From NCBI GenBank assembly GCA_977017645.1, contig OZ360238.1, positions 62,434,001 through 62,498,000 on the forward strand: a stretch of DNA of 64,000 nt, in the 5' to 3' direction. The notes beneath the pieces are model-generated. The model was given only the letters and a program-made list of their open reading frames with translations. It had not been told where the DNA came from and searched no databases. Below, piece after piece: positions 12,304 to 24,526 of the stretch (positions within the stretch are counted from its first letter, which is position 1; each line of letters starts with the position of its first letter). The stretch is from Torpedo marmorata. Taxonomy: Eukaryota. A program made the position numbers and the translations under genes.

Positions 12304-12511
12304 TGTAGTCGCGCTACGGCGCGCTATCGATTACAGACGCAGAGACTGTGGAGTTCAATCATGGAGTCTTTACTGGATTCAAAACACTGAAATATTCCTG
12401 GTGCGGAAGTGACGTCAGCGCCCTTTCCGGAAGTCCTGCCCCGAGCGCGTAGTTCCGGTCGCCCCGTTGTGTCCAATGGTGGTTCGAGGCCCACGAGTGC
12501 GCGCCGCTACA
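12304..12511 (-). repeat. Gypsy 5' LTR
   Basis: Direct repeat of 8310-8507 with a 10-bp indel; adjacent PBS. Confidence 0.93.
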
Positions 12512-12759
12512 GGGTGACCATTTCTGTGACAGGTTAGCAACTGTTCTTTAATCAATTTAATTGTGCAAACTTAACATTGCATCGTCTTATAGAAATAAAT
12601 GAGTGCTCTTTTGAATTTGGCTAAGAAGAATATACCTTTAAGAGATTTACAGTAAAGAACTGGTCCTATTTTAGATTTTGAGCCTAATTTAGTTAGCTAT
12701 AGTACATAGTTATTGGTCTTTTAACTTGCAGTAGAACCATAGAACCATAGAACAATTAT

Positions 12760-13415
12760 AGAGTAGATAGGGTTGTAAAGAGAGCTTTTGGCATATTGGC
12801 CTTCATAAATCAAAGTATTGAGTATAGGAGTTGGGATGTTATGGTAAAATTGTATAAGACATTGGTGAGGCCAATTTTGGAGCATTGAGTGCAGTTTTAG
12901 TCACCTAACTACAGGAAAGATGTCAATATGATAGAAAGAGTGCAGAGAAGATTTACCAGGATGATGCTTCAAGAACTGAGTTACAGGAAAAGGGTAAACA
13001 GGTTAGGACTTTATTACCTGGAGCGTAGAAGAATAAGGGGAGATTTGATAGAGGTATTTAAAACTATGAGGGGGATAGACAGAGTAAATGTAGATAAGCT
13101 TTTTCTACTGAAGGTAGGTGTGATACAAACCAGAGGACATGGGTTAAGAGTGAAATGGGAAAGATTTAGGTGGAACATTAGGGGGAACTTCTTCGCACAG
13201 AGAGTTGTGGGAGTGTGGAACAAGCTGCCAGCTGAAGTGGTGAATGCAGGCTTAATTTTAACATTTAAGAAGAATTTGGACAAGTACATGGATGGGAGGG
13301 GTATGGAGGGCTATGGACTGGGTGCAGGTCAAGTGGGACAAGGCAGAAAAATAGTTTGGCACAGACTAGAAGGGCCAAAGGGCCTGCTTCTGTGCTGTAA
13401 TGTTCTATGGTTCTA
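12760..13415 (+). mobile_element. CR1 LINE 3' fragment
   Basis: IERVQRRFTRM...LERRRIRGDLIEVFK...TRGH...FFAQRVVGVWNKLP; tail TTCTATGGTTCTA. Confidence 0.9.
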
Positions 13416-13715
13416 AGTATTCTCACTACTTCTGCACAGAATCCCAATTCTTCCAAATATATCCTTCAAAGATAGAAATCTATTTTTTTTTAATTTTTCA
13501 GACTTCACATCCTTCCCAATTGACAATTAATTCATAACAATCCTATTTATCTCATGAAGTCTGCAGACAATTAGATTGTCCTTATTACTCTGATATTTTA
13601 TGAGGAACATCATGGGAAATATGAATATTCTCACTCTCGAATTAATCATGTTGAAGTGTAAATCCTTAAGGAATTAGTTTCTGCATTTAAGTTTCCTGCA
13701 GGGAATTCACTTCAG

Positions 13716-13952
13716 CACCAATAGCCTGAATACAACTGGGATTGTCTGATCTCAGAAGCTAAGCAGGCACAGGACTGGTCAGTACTTGAAGGGGAGACCG
13801 CCTAGGAACACCAGGTGCTGTAGGTTTCTGTGAGGGGCGCTGGACAAAGTAGCGACCCTCTGTCTGCCTTATGGTAGACAATAATTAAAGAATCTCATGT
13901 ATGTTACATTCTAAATGTAGTATTACGTGACAATAATGGAACCTTTACCTTT
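13716..13952 (+). mobile_element. 5S rRNA-derived SINE (SINE3-type): degenerate 5S head at 13716-13827 plus a LINE-like tail
   Basis: GTCTGATCTCAGAAGCTAAGCAGG...TGGTCAGTACTTG...GGGAGACCGCCTAGGAACACCAGGTGCTGTAGGTTT aligns by eye to vertebrate 5S rRNA; tail ends GACAATAATGGAACCTTTACCTTT. Confidence 0.82.
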
Positions 13953-14522
13953 TATGGTTTAACTGCAGACAAAACTTTGGACATGGACAGCGAGAACAGG
14001 CAAAATGTGAATGGGTTAGAATGACAGATTACTTTACGGACGGCTAAAAACGACAACGGTCAGTAAATAATTACAAGAGTTAGGAAGTCATGATACATTC
14101 GTGCTGAGCATTGGTCAGATTTTAGATGTCTTGTTTCAGTTTACTTTTCCTTTTACTGGTGTCATTGCAGTCCCCTTCACTCAAACCAGTGCAACTCTTT
14201 TTATTACTGCACACATACCATACTTTTACTGCAGCCTGTGTAGTTTCATTTTATTGCTACCTATGTGGCCAAGGTCACTTTTTCTGCTATTTTATAACGT
14301 AGTTTGTGCAATCGCTGCACTATTGTATTTTTGACTTTTCAAAAGTCTTTGCTCTTCATTATTTCCAAGCATTTTGAGAATTTTAGAAATAGCAGGGGTG
14401 GGCCATTTGGCCTCTGATCCCTAGTTAACCATTTATTAAGATCTTAGCTGATCTTTCACTTCAACTCCACTTTCCTCCAATAACCCATAACATTTGATTC
14501 CTTCAACAACCACATATCCTGA

Positions 14523-14556
14523 GTTAATATTTCAGGTTGCTGACCTCTCATCAGAG
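14523..14556 (-). ncRNA. Hammerhead-like motif in an old PLE-end remnant
   Basis: Reverse complement CTGATGA-G-AGGT-CAGCA-ACCT-GAAA-TATT-AAC, with canonical CUGAUGA and GAAA core. Confidence 0.55.
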
Positions 14557-14622
14557 GTCAGGAAACAAAGCTGCAGAGGAGGAGGATTTGTGATCTGATC
14601 TTCAACTTCTGAGCAATTGTAT

Positions 14623-14871
14623 GTCGCTGAATTTTACCTGGATTTTTCCCCAGGCAAACTGGAAAGGAGTGGAAAGGGAAAAGAAGATATCAGTAAGAAA
14701 TTGGATCACGCAAAACTCTCGGCATTAATTCTGAAAGTGGTCACTTCAAGCAAGTTGCCTAAATCCAGATGTCAGATTTATTGTCAGAGTACATATATGA
14801 CACCACATACAACCCTGAGATTCTTTTTCCTGCGGGCGAGGCAGAATTACCACTTATTGGTAGTGCAAAAA
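14623..14871 (-). repeat. Rex1 3' tail plus about 140 bp of flank, inverted copy of 28388-28639
   Basis: Reverse complement aligns across the LINE end into GGATTTAGGCAACTTGC...ATCCAGGTAAAATTCAG. Confidence 0.85.
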
Positions 14872-15506
14872 TCACAAAGGTTACCAGCAGCAGCTGGTGT
14901 TTACTTTGGTAAACTTCTCTGGGATCTGGCCCTGGAGAACAGAGCCCAGTAGTACATGGCTGATCTGGGTGAAACACAAGGGCTAATGCATTATTTTCTG
15001 GAACTTCCTGGCAAAAGCACAGTCCACAAGGAGTTGGACAATTGTATCCTCTGCATTGCAGTCATATGCAATGGTACTGAGGGCCCAGTTGTGTTTGAAG
15101 GGGACCTACCTCCCACCTCACTGGCAGCGAAGCGAGATCTTAGTTCTTGTTTGAGAGTTCGGCTGATAACGCATTCTACCAAGTGACCCAGGAATCATTC
15201 CACAGGATCCACAGTCTCCTTCTCCCACATGGCATCCAGGACATTCTGTGCTGACCATTACCTGATATACCTGTGGTTGAAGGTATTTTATCACACAAAA
15301 GACCAGCAGTGCAGCAAGGTTCAACTGAATGGAACATTCACCACAAGCTTGAAGGCAATAGACGTCACATATGCTGACCTATCCTTGTACTTTCAAGTAT
15401 CCAATTTAGGCAGAATAATCTCCATCAGATGGCTTAATTTACTTGTTGCTTACATCTATTTTGAGACAGTTTCTGTGACTAGGCCTGCTTTGTAAACCCA
15501 TCCTCC

Positions 15507-15740
15507 AAGTCAAGTCAAGTTTATTGTCATCTGATTGTCCAAGTACAACCCAACGAAGCAGCGTTCTCCGGTTCTCGGTGCAAAACATGCAGACACACAA
15601 CCAGACATAACACACATACAGACAAATAATACATATGCAGGACAAGTATTTCATCTGTACAAATAAATAAATAAATATTGTTTCATGAATATGAGAGTCT
15701 CGGATGCTTAGTGTGAGCAGTACCTTGGGTCGTTCAGCAG
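15507..15740 (-). mobile_element. LINE 3' end with (GACTT)n tail, probably Rex1-type
   Basis: CAAGTCAAGTCAAGTTTATTGTC start, similar to the tails at 24527 and 30800. Confidence 0.6.
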
Positions 15741-16147
15741 TTCTGGAGTCCTGTCTATTTGAAGCAGGGAATCAGAAATTTAGGCTACAATCACCTCACT
15801 TTTCTAACCATTTCTGTCGCATGGGCCAGTGATTATACTCTTTGTTTAGTTATCCCAAGCTCCATGAAATGGCTTTCCCTTGGGAATCTGGTGGTGCTCT
15901 CATTCAGAATCAGATCAGCAACATATAGTATAATCTGCATGGTCGTGTGAAAATGTCAGTCCAGCTGTACCTTAATTTCCACGTGCCAACCTACCAAGGG
16001 TTTTAATTCTTTCATAAGATATTCCTGGGCTTTGAGATATTGCTGACTTTTAGTTAAAATCAACATGACAGGTAAGATATTTTAAGTTTATGGATTTATA
16101 TTGGTAAAATATTGAGAGGCAATGATAATTTTTCAGTTTAATGCCTT

Positions 16148-16520
16148 AATCACCCAGCACATGCTCTGTTCTCACTGCTACCATCAGGAAAGAGGTATAG
16201 GTGCCACAAGACGTGCACCACCAGGTTCAGGAACAGTTGCTACCCCTCCACCATCAGACTCCTCAACAACAAACTCAATCAGGGACTCATTTAAGACTCT
16301 TACTTTTACACTTTATTGATTTTCTTTATTCTCACTGTATTGCACAGTCAGTTTGTTTACTTTTCTTTATTTGTTTACATGTGTATGTTGAGTACACTTT
16401 TATTTGCACTACCATTAATTGGTGATTTGCTTGGCTCGCAGGAAAAACAATATCAGGGTTGTTGTGAAGTCATGTATGTACTCGCCCAATAAGCCTGAAA
16501 TCTGAAATCTAAAATCTATT
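16148..16520 (+). mobile_element. Rex1/Babar LINE 3' fragment
   Basis: CCATCAGGAAAGAGGTATAGG...CCACCAGGTTCAGGAACAG block and TGAAATC tail. Confidence 0.82.
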
Positions 16521-16626
16521 AATGACTGCCCCTTTTGAGTTTGTTAGTCAAGGTGTAGTAGCATCTATTTGAAATCACCAATTATTTCAACATCTCTTCA
16601 AAATTATTCCAATGACAGATACACAG

Positions 16627-17390
16627 AGAACCATAGAACATTACAGCACAGAAACAGGCCCTTCAGCCCTTCCAGTCCGTGCTGAACCATTTTTCTGCCT
16701 AGTCCCACTGACCTGCACCCAGTCCATAGCCCTCCATACCCCTCCCATCCATGTACATGTCCAAATTCTTCTTCAATGTTAAAATTGAGCCCGCATTCAC
16801 CACTTCAACTGTAAGCTCATTCCACACTCCCACCACTCTCTGTGTGAAGAAGTTCCCACAGAAACTTTTCCCCTATCACCCTTAACTCATGTCCTCTGGT
16901 TTGTATCTCACCTACCCTCGGTGGAAAAAGCTTACCTACATTTACTCTGTCTATCCCCCTCATAAGTTTAAATACCTCTATCAAATCTCCCCTCATTCTT
17001 CTACGCTCCAGGGAATAAAGTCCTATCATGTTAAACCTTTTCCTGTAACTCAGTTCCTGGAGTCCGGGCAACATCCTGATAAATCTTCTCTGCACTCTTT
17101 CAATCTTATTGATATCTTTCCTGTAGTTAGGTGACCAAAACTGACACAATACTCCAAATTTGGCCTTATACAACGTTACCATAACATCCCAACTCCTATA
17201 CTCAATACTTTGATTTATGAAGGCCAATATGCCAAAAGCTCTCTTTACAACCCTATCTACTTGTGATGCCACTTTTGGGGAATTATCTACCTGTATTCCC
17301 AGATCCATTTGTTTTACCTCACTCCTCAGTGCCCTACCATTTACCGTGTATCTCCTTTCTTGGTTTGTCCTTCCAAAATACAACGCCATT
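16627..17390 (-). mobile_element. CR1 LINE 3' fragment
   Basis: ORF 16817-17449 CQFWSPNYRKDINKIERVQRRF; AGAACCATAGAAC tail. Confidence 0.9.
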
Positions 17391-18464
17391 CCCCAGATAC
17401 TAAATACATGCTGCTTAAAACCATGATCTTCTTTTATGACCTTCAACAACAGACAAAAGGAAAAGAAGACTATTTGGCAAATTTATATCGAACTCTCAGA
17501 ACTGTTGATACAGGTAGGGATCGGTCATAAATTGCCTAAAACAATGTGGTTCATATTAAGTGCACCATCAGAGGCAATGCTAGTTGTATTGATTTCAAAA
17601 TTGAAGAGAGGTCATTTGTGTGATTTAAGCAAAAAGAGAAATAAAATTTAAGTACACGTCTGGACACACACAGCTGAGGAATTGAATAATAAATAATAAA
17701 TTGGTTAAAAAATCCCTACTGTGTGTTTAGTTTATTGGATATCAATGGTCCATTTCAGGATAAATTTTCAGTGTTCTGAGGTAGGATAATCACTTGATAA
17801 AACTTGCACTTTAAATTTGTTGTAGTGCCAGATATTTTTGAAATTAAATACCATGAAGAAATTTAGTTGATCTATTTGTTGATGACATACTTTCTATAAA
17901 CGCTTTATTAAGTTTTGAATGGAATGAAGACATGGAGCTCTCCTGTTGCAGGTGGCCTATTTAGGAACCTGACTTGGATCCTCAAGCACATAAAAAGGCT
18001 AATGCATATCATTTCAATTGTGATTGTGTATTATTATAAATTAAATGACTGAGTATGATTCACTCTGTCAAGGGATTTAATATTCCTGACCTGTTCAAAA
18101 TGCCTATGTTTAATTGCTTTCTCATAATTTAAATTAAATATATTTCACCAGCTCTTGAGTTATAAGCAGCTGGTATTACCCTGGTAATTGCTCATAATTT
18201 ACCCATCAGATTATTCTTTATGCAGTCATACAACAAATATCAACAGAGAAATGAAACATGTTCTTTGCTCACTTTCATTACTGCCAGTTTCTGCTGTGCG
18301 ATCAAAACGAGACTGCAGTCAACGAGCGTTAGATTTGAGCTATTTACATTGTGCGCAGAAATCTGATCAATATATATTGATTATATGCACTTATAAAAGC
18401 AGATAATTCTCAATCCAATAGAAAGTTATTTGCTTACACTTACATGAAATGAATTAATTACTTT

Positions 18465-18597
18465 TCGTGCACTATTATTTATTTATTTTTTTATAGTAAT
18501 GTCATAAGATGGTTATAATATGAATGTTTGCACTATGATGCTGCCGCAAAACACTGAATTTCATGACTTGTTCATGACATTAAATTCTGATTCTGAT
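18465..18597 (+). mobile_element. Rex1-type 3' UTR with (TCTGAT)n tail
   Basis: Matches the reverse complement of 56150-56285 and the copy at 31761-31888. Confidence 0.75.
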
Positions 18598-18869
18598 TAA
18601 TTTAACATTGATGCTCATTGAATATCCAGAATACAATATTGCGGGTGATTATTGTGATCTTTTTCAATGTCTCAATACATTATTTTGCTTAGCTGAACCG
18701 TATTTGAGTCTTATTGCTTCATTATTATATCATTACATTCCTTTCACACCCTCGATCATTTCTGTCATTTCCTTGAATACTTTCTGTTATGCAAGGAATT
18801 AACTGTAGGATCAAATGAATGTTTTGAGTCATCCAATAACATGGCAGGCATTTAATGTATCTATCTCAA

Positions 18870-20590
18870 AGAACATAAGAGCATAAGAACATAAGAAATA
18901 GAAGCAAGAGTAGGCCATCCTGCCCGTCAAGCCTACTCTGCCATTCATGGCTGATCTGATTATAGGCTCATCTCCATCTACCTGCCTTTTTCCCATATCC
19001 CTTAATTCCCTTACTATGTAAAAATCTATCCAATCTTGTTTAAAATGTATTTACTGAGGCAGCCTCCAATACTTCGATGGGTAGCGAATTCCACAGATTT
19101 ACCACCCTCTGGGAAATGCAGTTCCTCCTCATCTCTGTCCTAAATCTACTACCCTGAATTTTGAGTCTATGTTCCCTAGTTCTGGTCTCCCCTACCAGTG
19201 GAAAAAACTTACCTACCTCTGTCTTATCTATGCCTTTCATCATTTTATACGTTTCTATAAGATTCCCTCTCATTCTTCTAAATTCCAGCGAGTACAGTCC
19301 CAGACGACTCAATCTCTCCTCACAGGTTAACCCCTTCATCTCTAGAATCAACCTGGTGAAGCTCCTCTGCTCCGCCTCCAAAGCCAGTACATTCTTCCTC
19401 AAGTAAGGAGGCCAGAACTGCACACAGTACTCCAGATGCGGCCTCACCAGTACCTTGTACAGTGCAGCATAATTTCTCTGCTCTTAAATTCCATCCCTCT
19501 AGCAATGAAGGCCAACATTCCATTTGCCTTCTTGATAGCCTGCTGCACCTGCAAACCAACCTTTTGCGATTCATGCACAAGCACTCCCAAGTCCTTCTGC
19601 ACGGCAGCATGCTGCAATCGCTTGCCATTTAAATAATATTCTGATCTTCCATTTTTACTTCCAAAGTGGATAACCTCACATTTGCCAACATTGTACTCCA
19701 TCTGCCAGACCCTTGCCCACTCATCTATATCTCTCTGAAGACTCTCCGTATTCTCTGCTTAATTTGCTTTTCCACTGAATTTAGTGTTATCAGCAAACTT
19801 ACATACACTCTGACCCCTCTTCTAGATCGTTATCCATATTGAGAACAGTTGCGGGCCCAGCACCGACCTCTGCGGCACACTGCTCACCACTGATTGCCAG
19901 CCAGAAAAACACCTCCGTACCCCAACTCTCTGCTTTCTATTGGTTAACCAATCCTCTATCCATGCTATTACATCACCCCCAACTCTATGCATCCTTATCT
20001 TCTGTATGTCTTTTATGCAGCACCTTATCGAACGCCTTCTAAAAATCCAGGTAAACAACGTCCATCTGGTCCCCTCTATCTACCGCGCTCATTATATCCT
20101 CAAACAACTTCAGTAAATTCGTCAAACAGGACCTGCCTTTGCTGAATCCATGCTGCATCTGCCTGATGGATCCATTTTGCTCCAGATGCCTCGCTATTTC
20201 TTCTTTAATGATAGTTTCAAGCATTTTCCCAATTACAGATGTTAAAATAACTGGCCTATAGTTCTCTGCATTTTGCCTACATTCTTTTTTAAATAGTGGT
20301 GTAACATTCGCCATCTTCCAATCCACCGGGACCTGCCCAGAGAATTTTGGTAAATTATCACCAAAGCCTCGGCTATAACACCTGCCATTTCTTTCAGTAT
20401 CCTGGGATGCATTCCATCAGGACCAGGGGACTTATCTATCTTTAGACCCTCAAGTTTTCAGAGTACTACCTCTTTAGTGATAGCTATTACATCGAGGTCC
20501 TCAGTTCCCATCACATCCATAACATCTGTCTATGTCACTCATATTCGACGTGTACTCCACCGTGAAGACTGACACAAAATGGTCATTCAA
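18870..20590 (-). mobile_element. CR1 LINE, RT through 3' end, degraded
   Basis: DWKMANVTPLFKK..NYRPV, QHGFSKGRSCLTNL, VVYLDF, VPQRSVLGPQLF, RPHLEYCVQFW; (AACATAAG)n tail. Confidence 0.92.
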
Positions 20591-21323
20591 AGCTGTAAGA
20601 CAATATAGAAGCTAACACGAAGCATGTAATACTGGATTACATTAGCAGCTCTATAATGTTTGCATAGCAGTTGAATCATTATCCAGTGTCTCCCTTGTTC
20701 AAGAAACATTCAAGTATTACCTGCAATAGCTCTAAGGAATATTGATAATGTTGTGATATTTTTATTAATCTAAATGATAAATTTGAGAATTATCAACATA
20801 CTATACGGTATGTGATTTAGACATGGGACATCTTTCAGGAATTGTGTGGATAGTAGAACAAGCCACAATCAGTTTTGAAATTAAAAGGATAGCTTTGTAA
20901 ACAAACAGAATTGTCAACAGAGCACACACGACCAGCCCACAGCAGGAAGCTACTCAAGAGATGCGGTCTGCAAACTGATGTGTCCATGAGATGTTTTCAA
21001 ACGCATTTGCCAAACATAAAGCAATGTGAGTGTGTTAATTGGCCTGGCATCAGACACTTTCAGCAAAGTTATTTTGCATCATTGTAACTGAGATCAAGAA
21101 GATTCCAAACCAGATTTACTAAAAAAAAAAGGCGGTGCTGCCAGAGGTGCTGTAACAGCAACGGTGGTCGCAAACCCAGGAGAGCGGGCAGCGGAGACAC
21201 AGTGCTGCTCCGCAGGGTCCTACTGCCCGGTCCTATTAAACCAGCTCCATAGAGGCTTTAAACAGCCTGTTAAAGGAGCCAATGGTGTTTTTTTAAATCC
21301 TGCGACTGCAGAGTCTGTGCTGG

Positions 21324-21406
<83 letters not shown>

Positions 21407-21408
21407 CA
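21324..21408 (+). repeat. (CA)n microsatellite
   Basis: About 40 CA units with a few interruptions. Confidence 0.97.
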
Positions 21409-21561
21409 CCCTGAGTCCTATCATGGATCAAGTTTAGTTTTTGAGAAAGCTCAGAAGATATTGGAATCGAGGCTGATATTGGGATAAAATAATCTGAGGG
21501 GTGTATGTGATGTCATATATGTACTCTGACCACAAATTTGAAGTTTGTATTTAACTTTAAT

Positions 21562-21776
21562 GTTAGCGTAGCGGTTAGCGCAACGCTGTTACAGCGCCAG
21601 CGATCGGGATTGGGGTTCGAGTCCCGCGCTGTTTGTAAGGAGTTTGTACGTTCTCCCCGTGTCTGCGTAGGTTTCCTCTGGGGGCTCCGGTTTCCTCCCA
21701 CCGTTCGAAACGTACCGGGGGTGTAGGTTAATTGGGTGTAATTGGGCGGCACGGGTTCATGGGCTGAAATGGCCTG
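21562..21776 (+). mobile_element. tRNA-derived V-SINE (HE1-like)
   Basis: A box TAGCGTAGCGG, B box GGTTCGAGTCCC, V-domain GGAGTTTGTACGTTCTCCCCGTG...GCTCCGGTTTCCTCCCAC. Confidence 0.85.
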
Positions 21777-22486
21777 TGAATGGTTTTTTGCCTATGACAA
21801 GTTATTTATAAATTTTGTTTCAAAGACCTAAAGTTTGAAAATCTCAAAGCAGTGTGTAGGATTGTATTTTCAGCATCCATGTACAGTGTTTAACACTTAA
21901 GAATGTCATTTTCTGAGCTGGGTTGAAGTGTGAATGGTCTGCAAGTTTTAAAATGTTGCATGAGGTGCAGTAACTTGTAAATTCACTTTCGTTTTAACAA
22001 AGAGAGAGAAAGGGAATGTGTGGAACAGCTGTGATATGTTTATTAAATCTGTTTTGGGAGAATGTTTAAATATTAATCATATGCTTCAGAAAAATAGGAC
22101 GTGACCAATTGAAAGTTTCTGTTACTTAATATGAAGTGAATTTGCAGGACCTCTTGTGTTAAGGAGCAATGTCTTTTTAAGAAGTTGTGTAAATGTGTGA
22201 GTATGGGGCCCCATCCGTTCATATTTTATTTTCCTTTATTTTCTTTGGAATATGAGAGAGAGAGAGAGAGAAAGAAAGAGAAAGAAAAAAACACTGGTGG
22301 CATAGATTCCAGGTTAGGCTGTTGGAAGTGTGAGAGTCTCAATTCTGGAATTGAGATTCCCACATTCTAGAGAGAAATTGGAATTTTGGGAATTTGGTGA
22401 TTCATGCATATTCATATTGGCAATTTGAAATTGGTATTTTGGGAGATAGTTTCAAACAATTGTGAGTAATTTAAAATGTTACTCTT

Positions 22487-24366
22487 TTTTTTAATTATTT
22501 TATTTAAAATTTTTAAATCACACATTACATAGTTTAAAATGCAAAATTATCAAATTACATGTGATACATTTTCACACCCCCTCCCTCCCTCCCCTCCCTA
22601 ACCCTCCCGAAAAAAAGAAAGGAAGAAGAAAAAGATAAAGTAAGGAGAATGTCACTCTAAACAAAACAACTATAAACTAATTTTATTGTGAAATACAGGT
22701 TCGCCAGTCAGAGCCAATATCCGGAGATATTCAAATCCTTAAACCGACAGTTTTTATATATGGGCTCCATATTTTCAAGAAGAAATGATATTTATTACAT
22801 AAATTATGTAATTTTTTCAAGTGGTATACATGAACGCAATTCTGCATGCCATCTTTCTAACCCTAAATCTACATCCGATTTCCATGTAATAGCAATACAT
22901 TTCGTAGAAACAGCTAAAGCAATACGTAAAAATTCTGTTTGATACATATTTAATTTCATTTTAACACTGATTCTTATAATATCTCCAAACAAAAATATCA
23001 TAGGATCCATTGGGAGTGTAATTCTTAATACTTTATCTAAAAACTTTTTAACTTTCAACCAAAAATCATATATCTTTGGACAAAACCATGTAGAATATAC
23101 AAAAGAACCTTCCTCTCTATTACATCTAAAACATAAGCCGGATAATGTTGGATTAAATTTCTTTAATTTTTTAGGTGTTAAATATAATTGATGAAAAAAA
23201 TTATATTGCACCAATCTATATCTAACATTAATAATCTTCGTCATACTTTGTTTACATAATTCTTTCCAATGTTCTTCATCTATTGTTACGTTCAGATCTG
23301 TTTCCCAATTTTTTTTTTTTCTTTTTCTTTTTTATATTAATACTTACTAAGTTTATACTTCTAGAATCTCCCATAATCAAATAATAACTGTTCCCTGTCA
23401 ATCAAATCCACCAGCGTTTCCCTCTTATTCTGTCGTATATACATTTTCTCCTCAACTAGAATAAAAGACAGAAATGAAAAAAAGAAAAACTCCCCTGTAA
23501 AAAACACTGGTCTTCTACTCCCAGTGGAACCCCCCTCCATTGTTTGTTTCCCAATTTAATCTTGATTTATGAATTCCTGGTTTAGGCATTTTCTTCTGTA
23601 ACAATCTATATATTTTAGAAATAAATTTATTAACACCTCCATTAGTAACTAATAATTCCAATTCACTCTGTCTTGGTAAAATCAAACTATGGCCCAACCT
23701 TTCAACTAAAAATGCTCTGATTTGATAGTAAGCAAAGATTGTATTATTTGCTACATTAAACTTATCTTTCATTCTTTGAAACGTAATAAATTTACTAGCT
23801 TCAAAACAATCATTTATTTCCTTAATTCCCTTTTGGAACCAAATTTTAAATAATTGATTATCAACAGTAAATGGGATAAGTTTATTTTGATAAGAGGCAT
23901 TTTTCGAGAAATTGACCATTTCGCTCCTATTTCTCTATCCACTCTATTCCATATTTCTAACAAATGTCTAAAAATAGGAGAATGTTTCCCTCTTGTTAAT
24001 AATAATTTAGAATTCCATTTATAAATAACTTCTTCTTTCAAATCCTCTCCTATATTATTTAATTCTATTCTAATCCAAGCAGAGAGTTTTCCTAAATCAA
24101 ACATTTCATTAATAAATTTTAATTGGGCTGCTTTATAGTAATATTGAAAATTAGGAAGTTGTAGACCACCCATTTCATAATTCCAAGTTCATTTCTCCAT
24201 ACCTACTCTAGCCAACTTTCCTTTCCACAAGAATTTCCTAATAATTAAATTTAAATCTTTAAAAATTTTTTGAGGAATTTCATAAGGAATTGATTGAAAA
24301 AGATATTGAACTCTCGGAAAAACATTCATTTTAATACAATTTACCCTTCCCATTAAAGTTATAGGT
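22487..24366 (-). mobile_element. L1-clade LINE, 5'-truncated (ORF2 C-terminus plus 3' UTR)
   Basis: GGLQLPNF, CFRC..HSTWxC-type zinc knuckle; T-rich tail; TSD AAATGTTACTCTT at 22474-22486 and 24367-24379. Confidence 0.92.
23312..23544 (-). mobile_element. Short poly(A)-tailed retroposon end nested in L1 ORF2
   Basis: Poly-T start; TSD TGTTTCCCAATTT at 23299-23311 and 23545-23557; absent from the sibling L1 near 32810. Confidence 0.82.
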
Positions 24367-24526
24367 AAATGTTACTCTTAATCAGAATGTATTTCCCCAA
24401 CAGATTAAAAGTATATTGCACATTGTCCATACTTATTATGAGTTTTAGGGTTCTTATGGCAAGTTTATATTTGGTGTTTGCCATGTGTCTTGTAAAATGC
24501 AAATGAGCAGCCAGGATTCAGGTCAG

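Larger units (their letters stand above)
8310..12511 (-). mobile_element. Full-length Gypsy/Ty3 LTR retrotransposon (about 4.2 kb, no env)
   Basis: TG...CA LTRs at 8310-8507 and 12304-12511; 4-bp TSD GGGT (8306-8309, 12512-12515); PBS TGGTGACCCC complementary to the tRNA-Trp 3' end next to the 5' LTR; G-rich PPT at 8508-8522; domain order gag-PR-RT-RH-IN. Confidence 0.96.

Noticed and set aside
13716-13827. Functional 5S rRNA gene
   Set aside because: 5' end is degenerate, it has many substitutions, it is not in a tandem array and it is fused to a retroposon tail
21562-21630. tRNA gene (also at 42786 and 47770-47843)
   Set aside because: A and B boxes run into the V-SINE core with no complete cloverleaf; these are SINE heads
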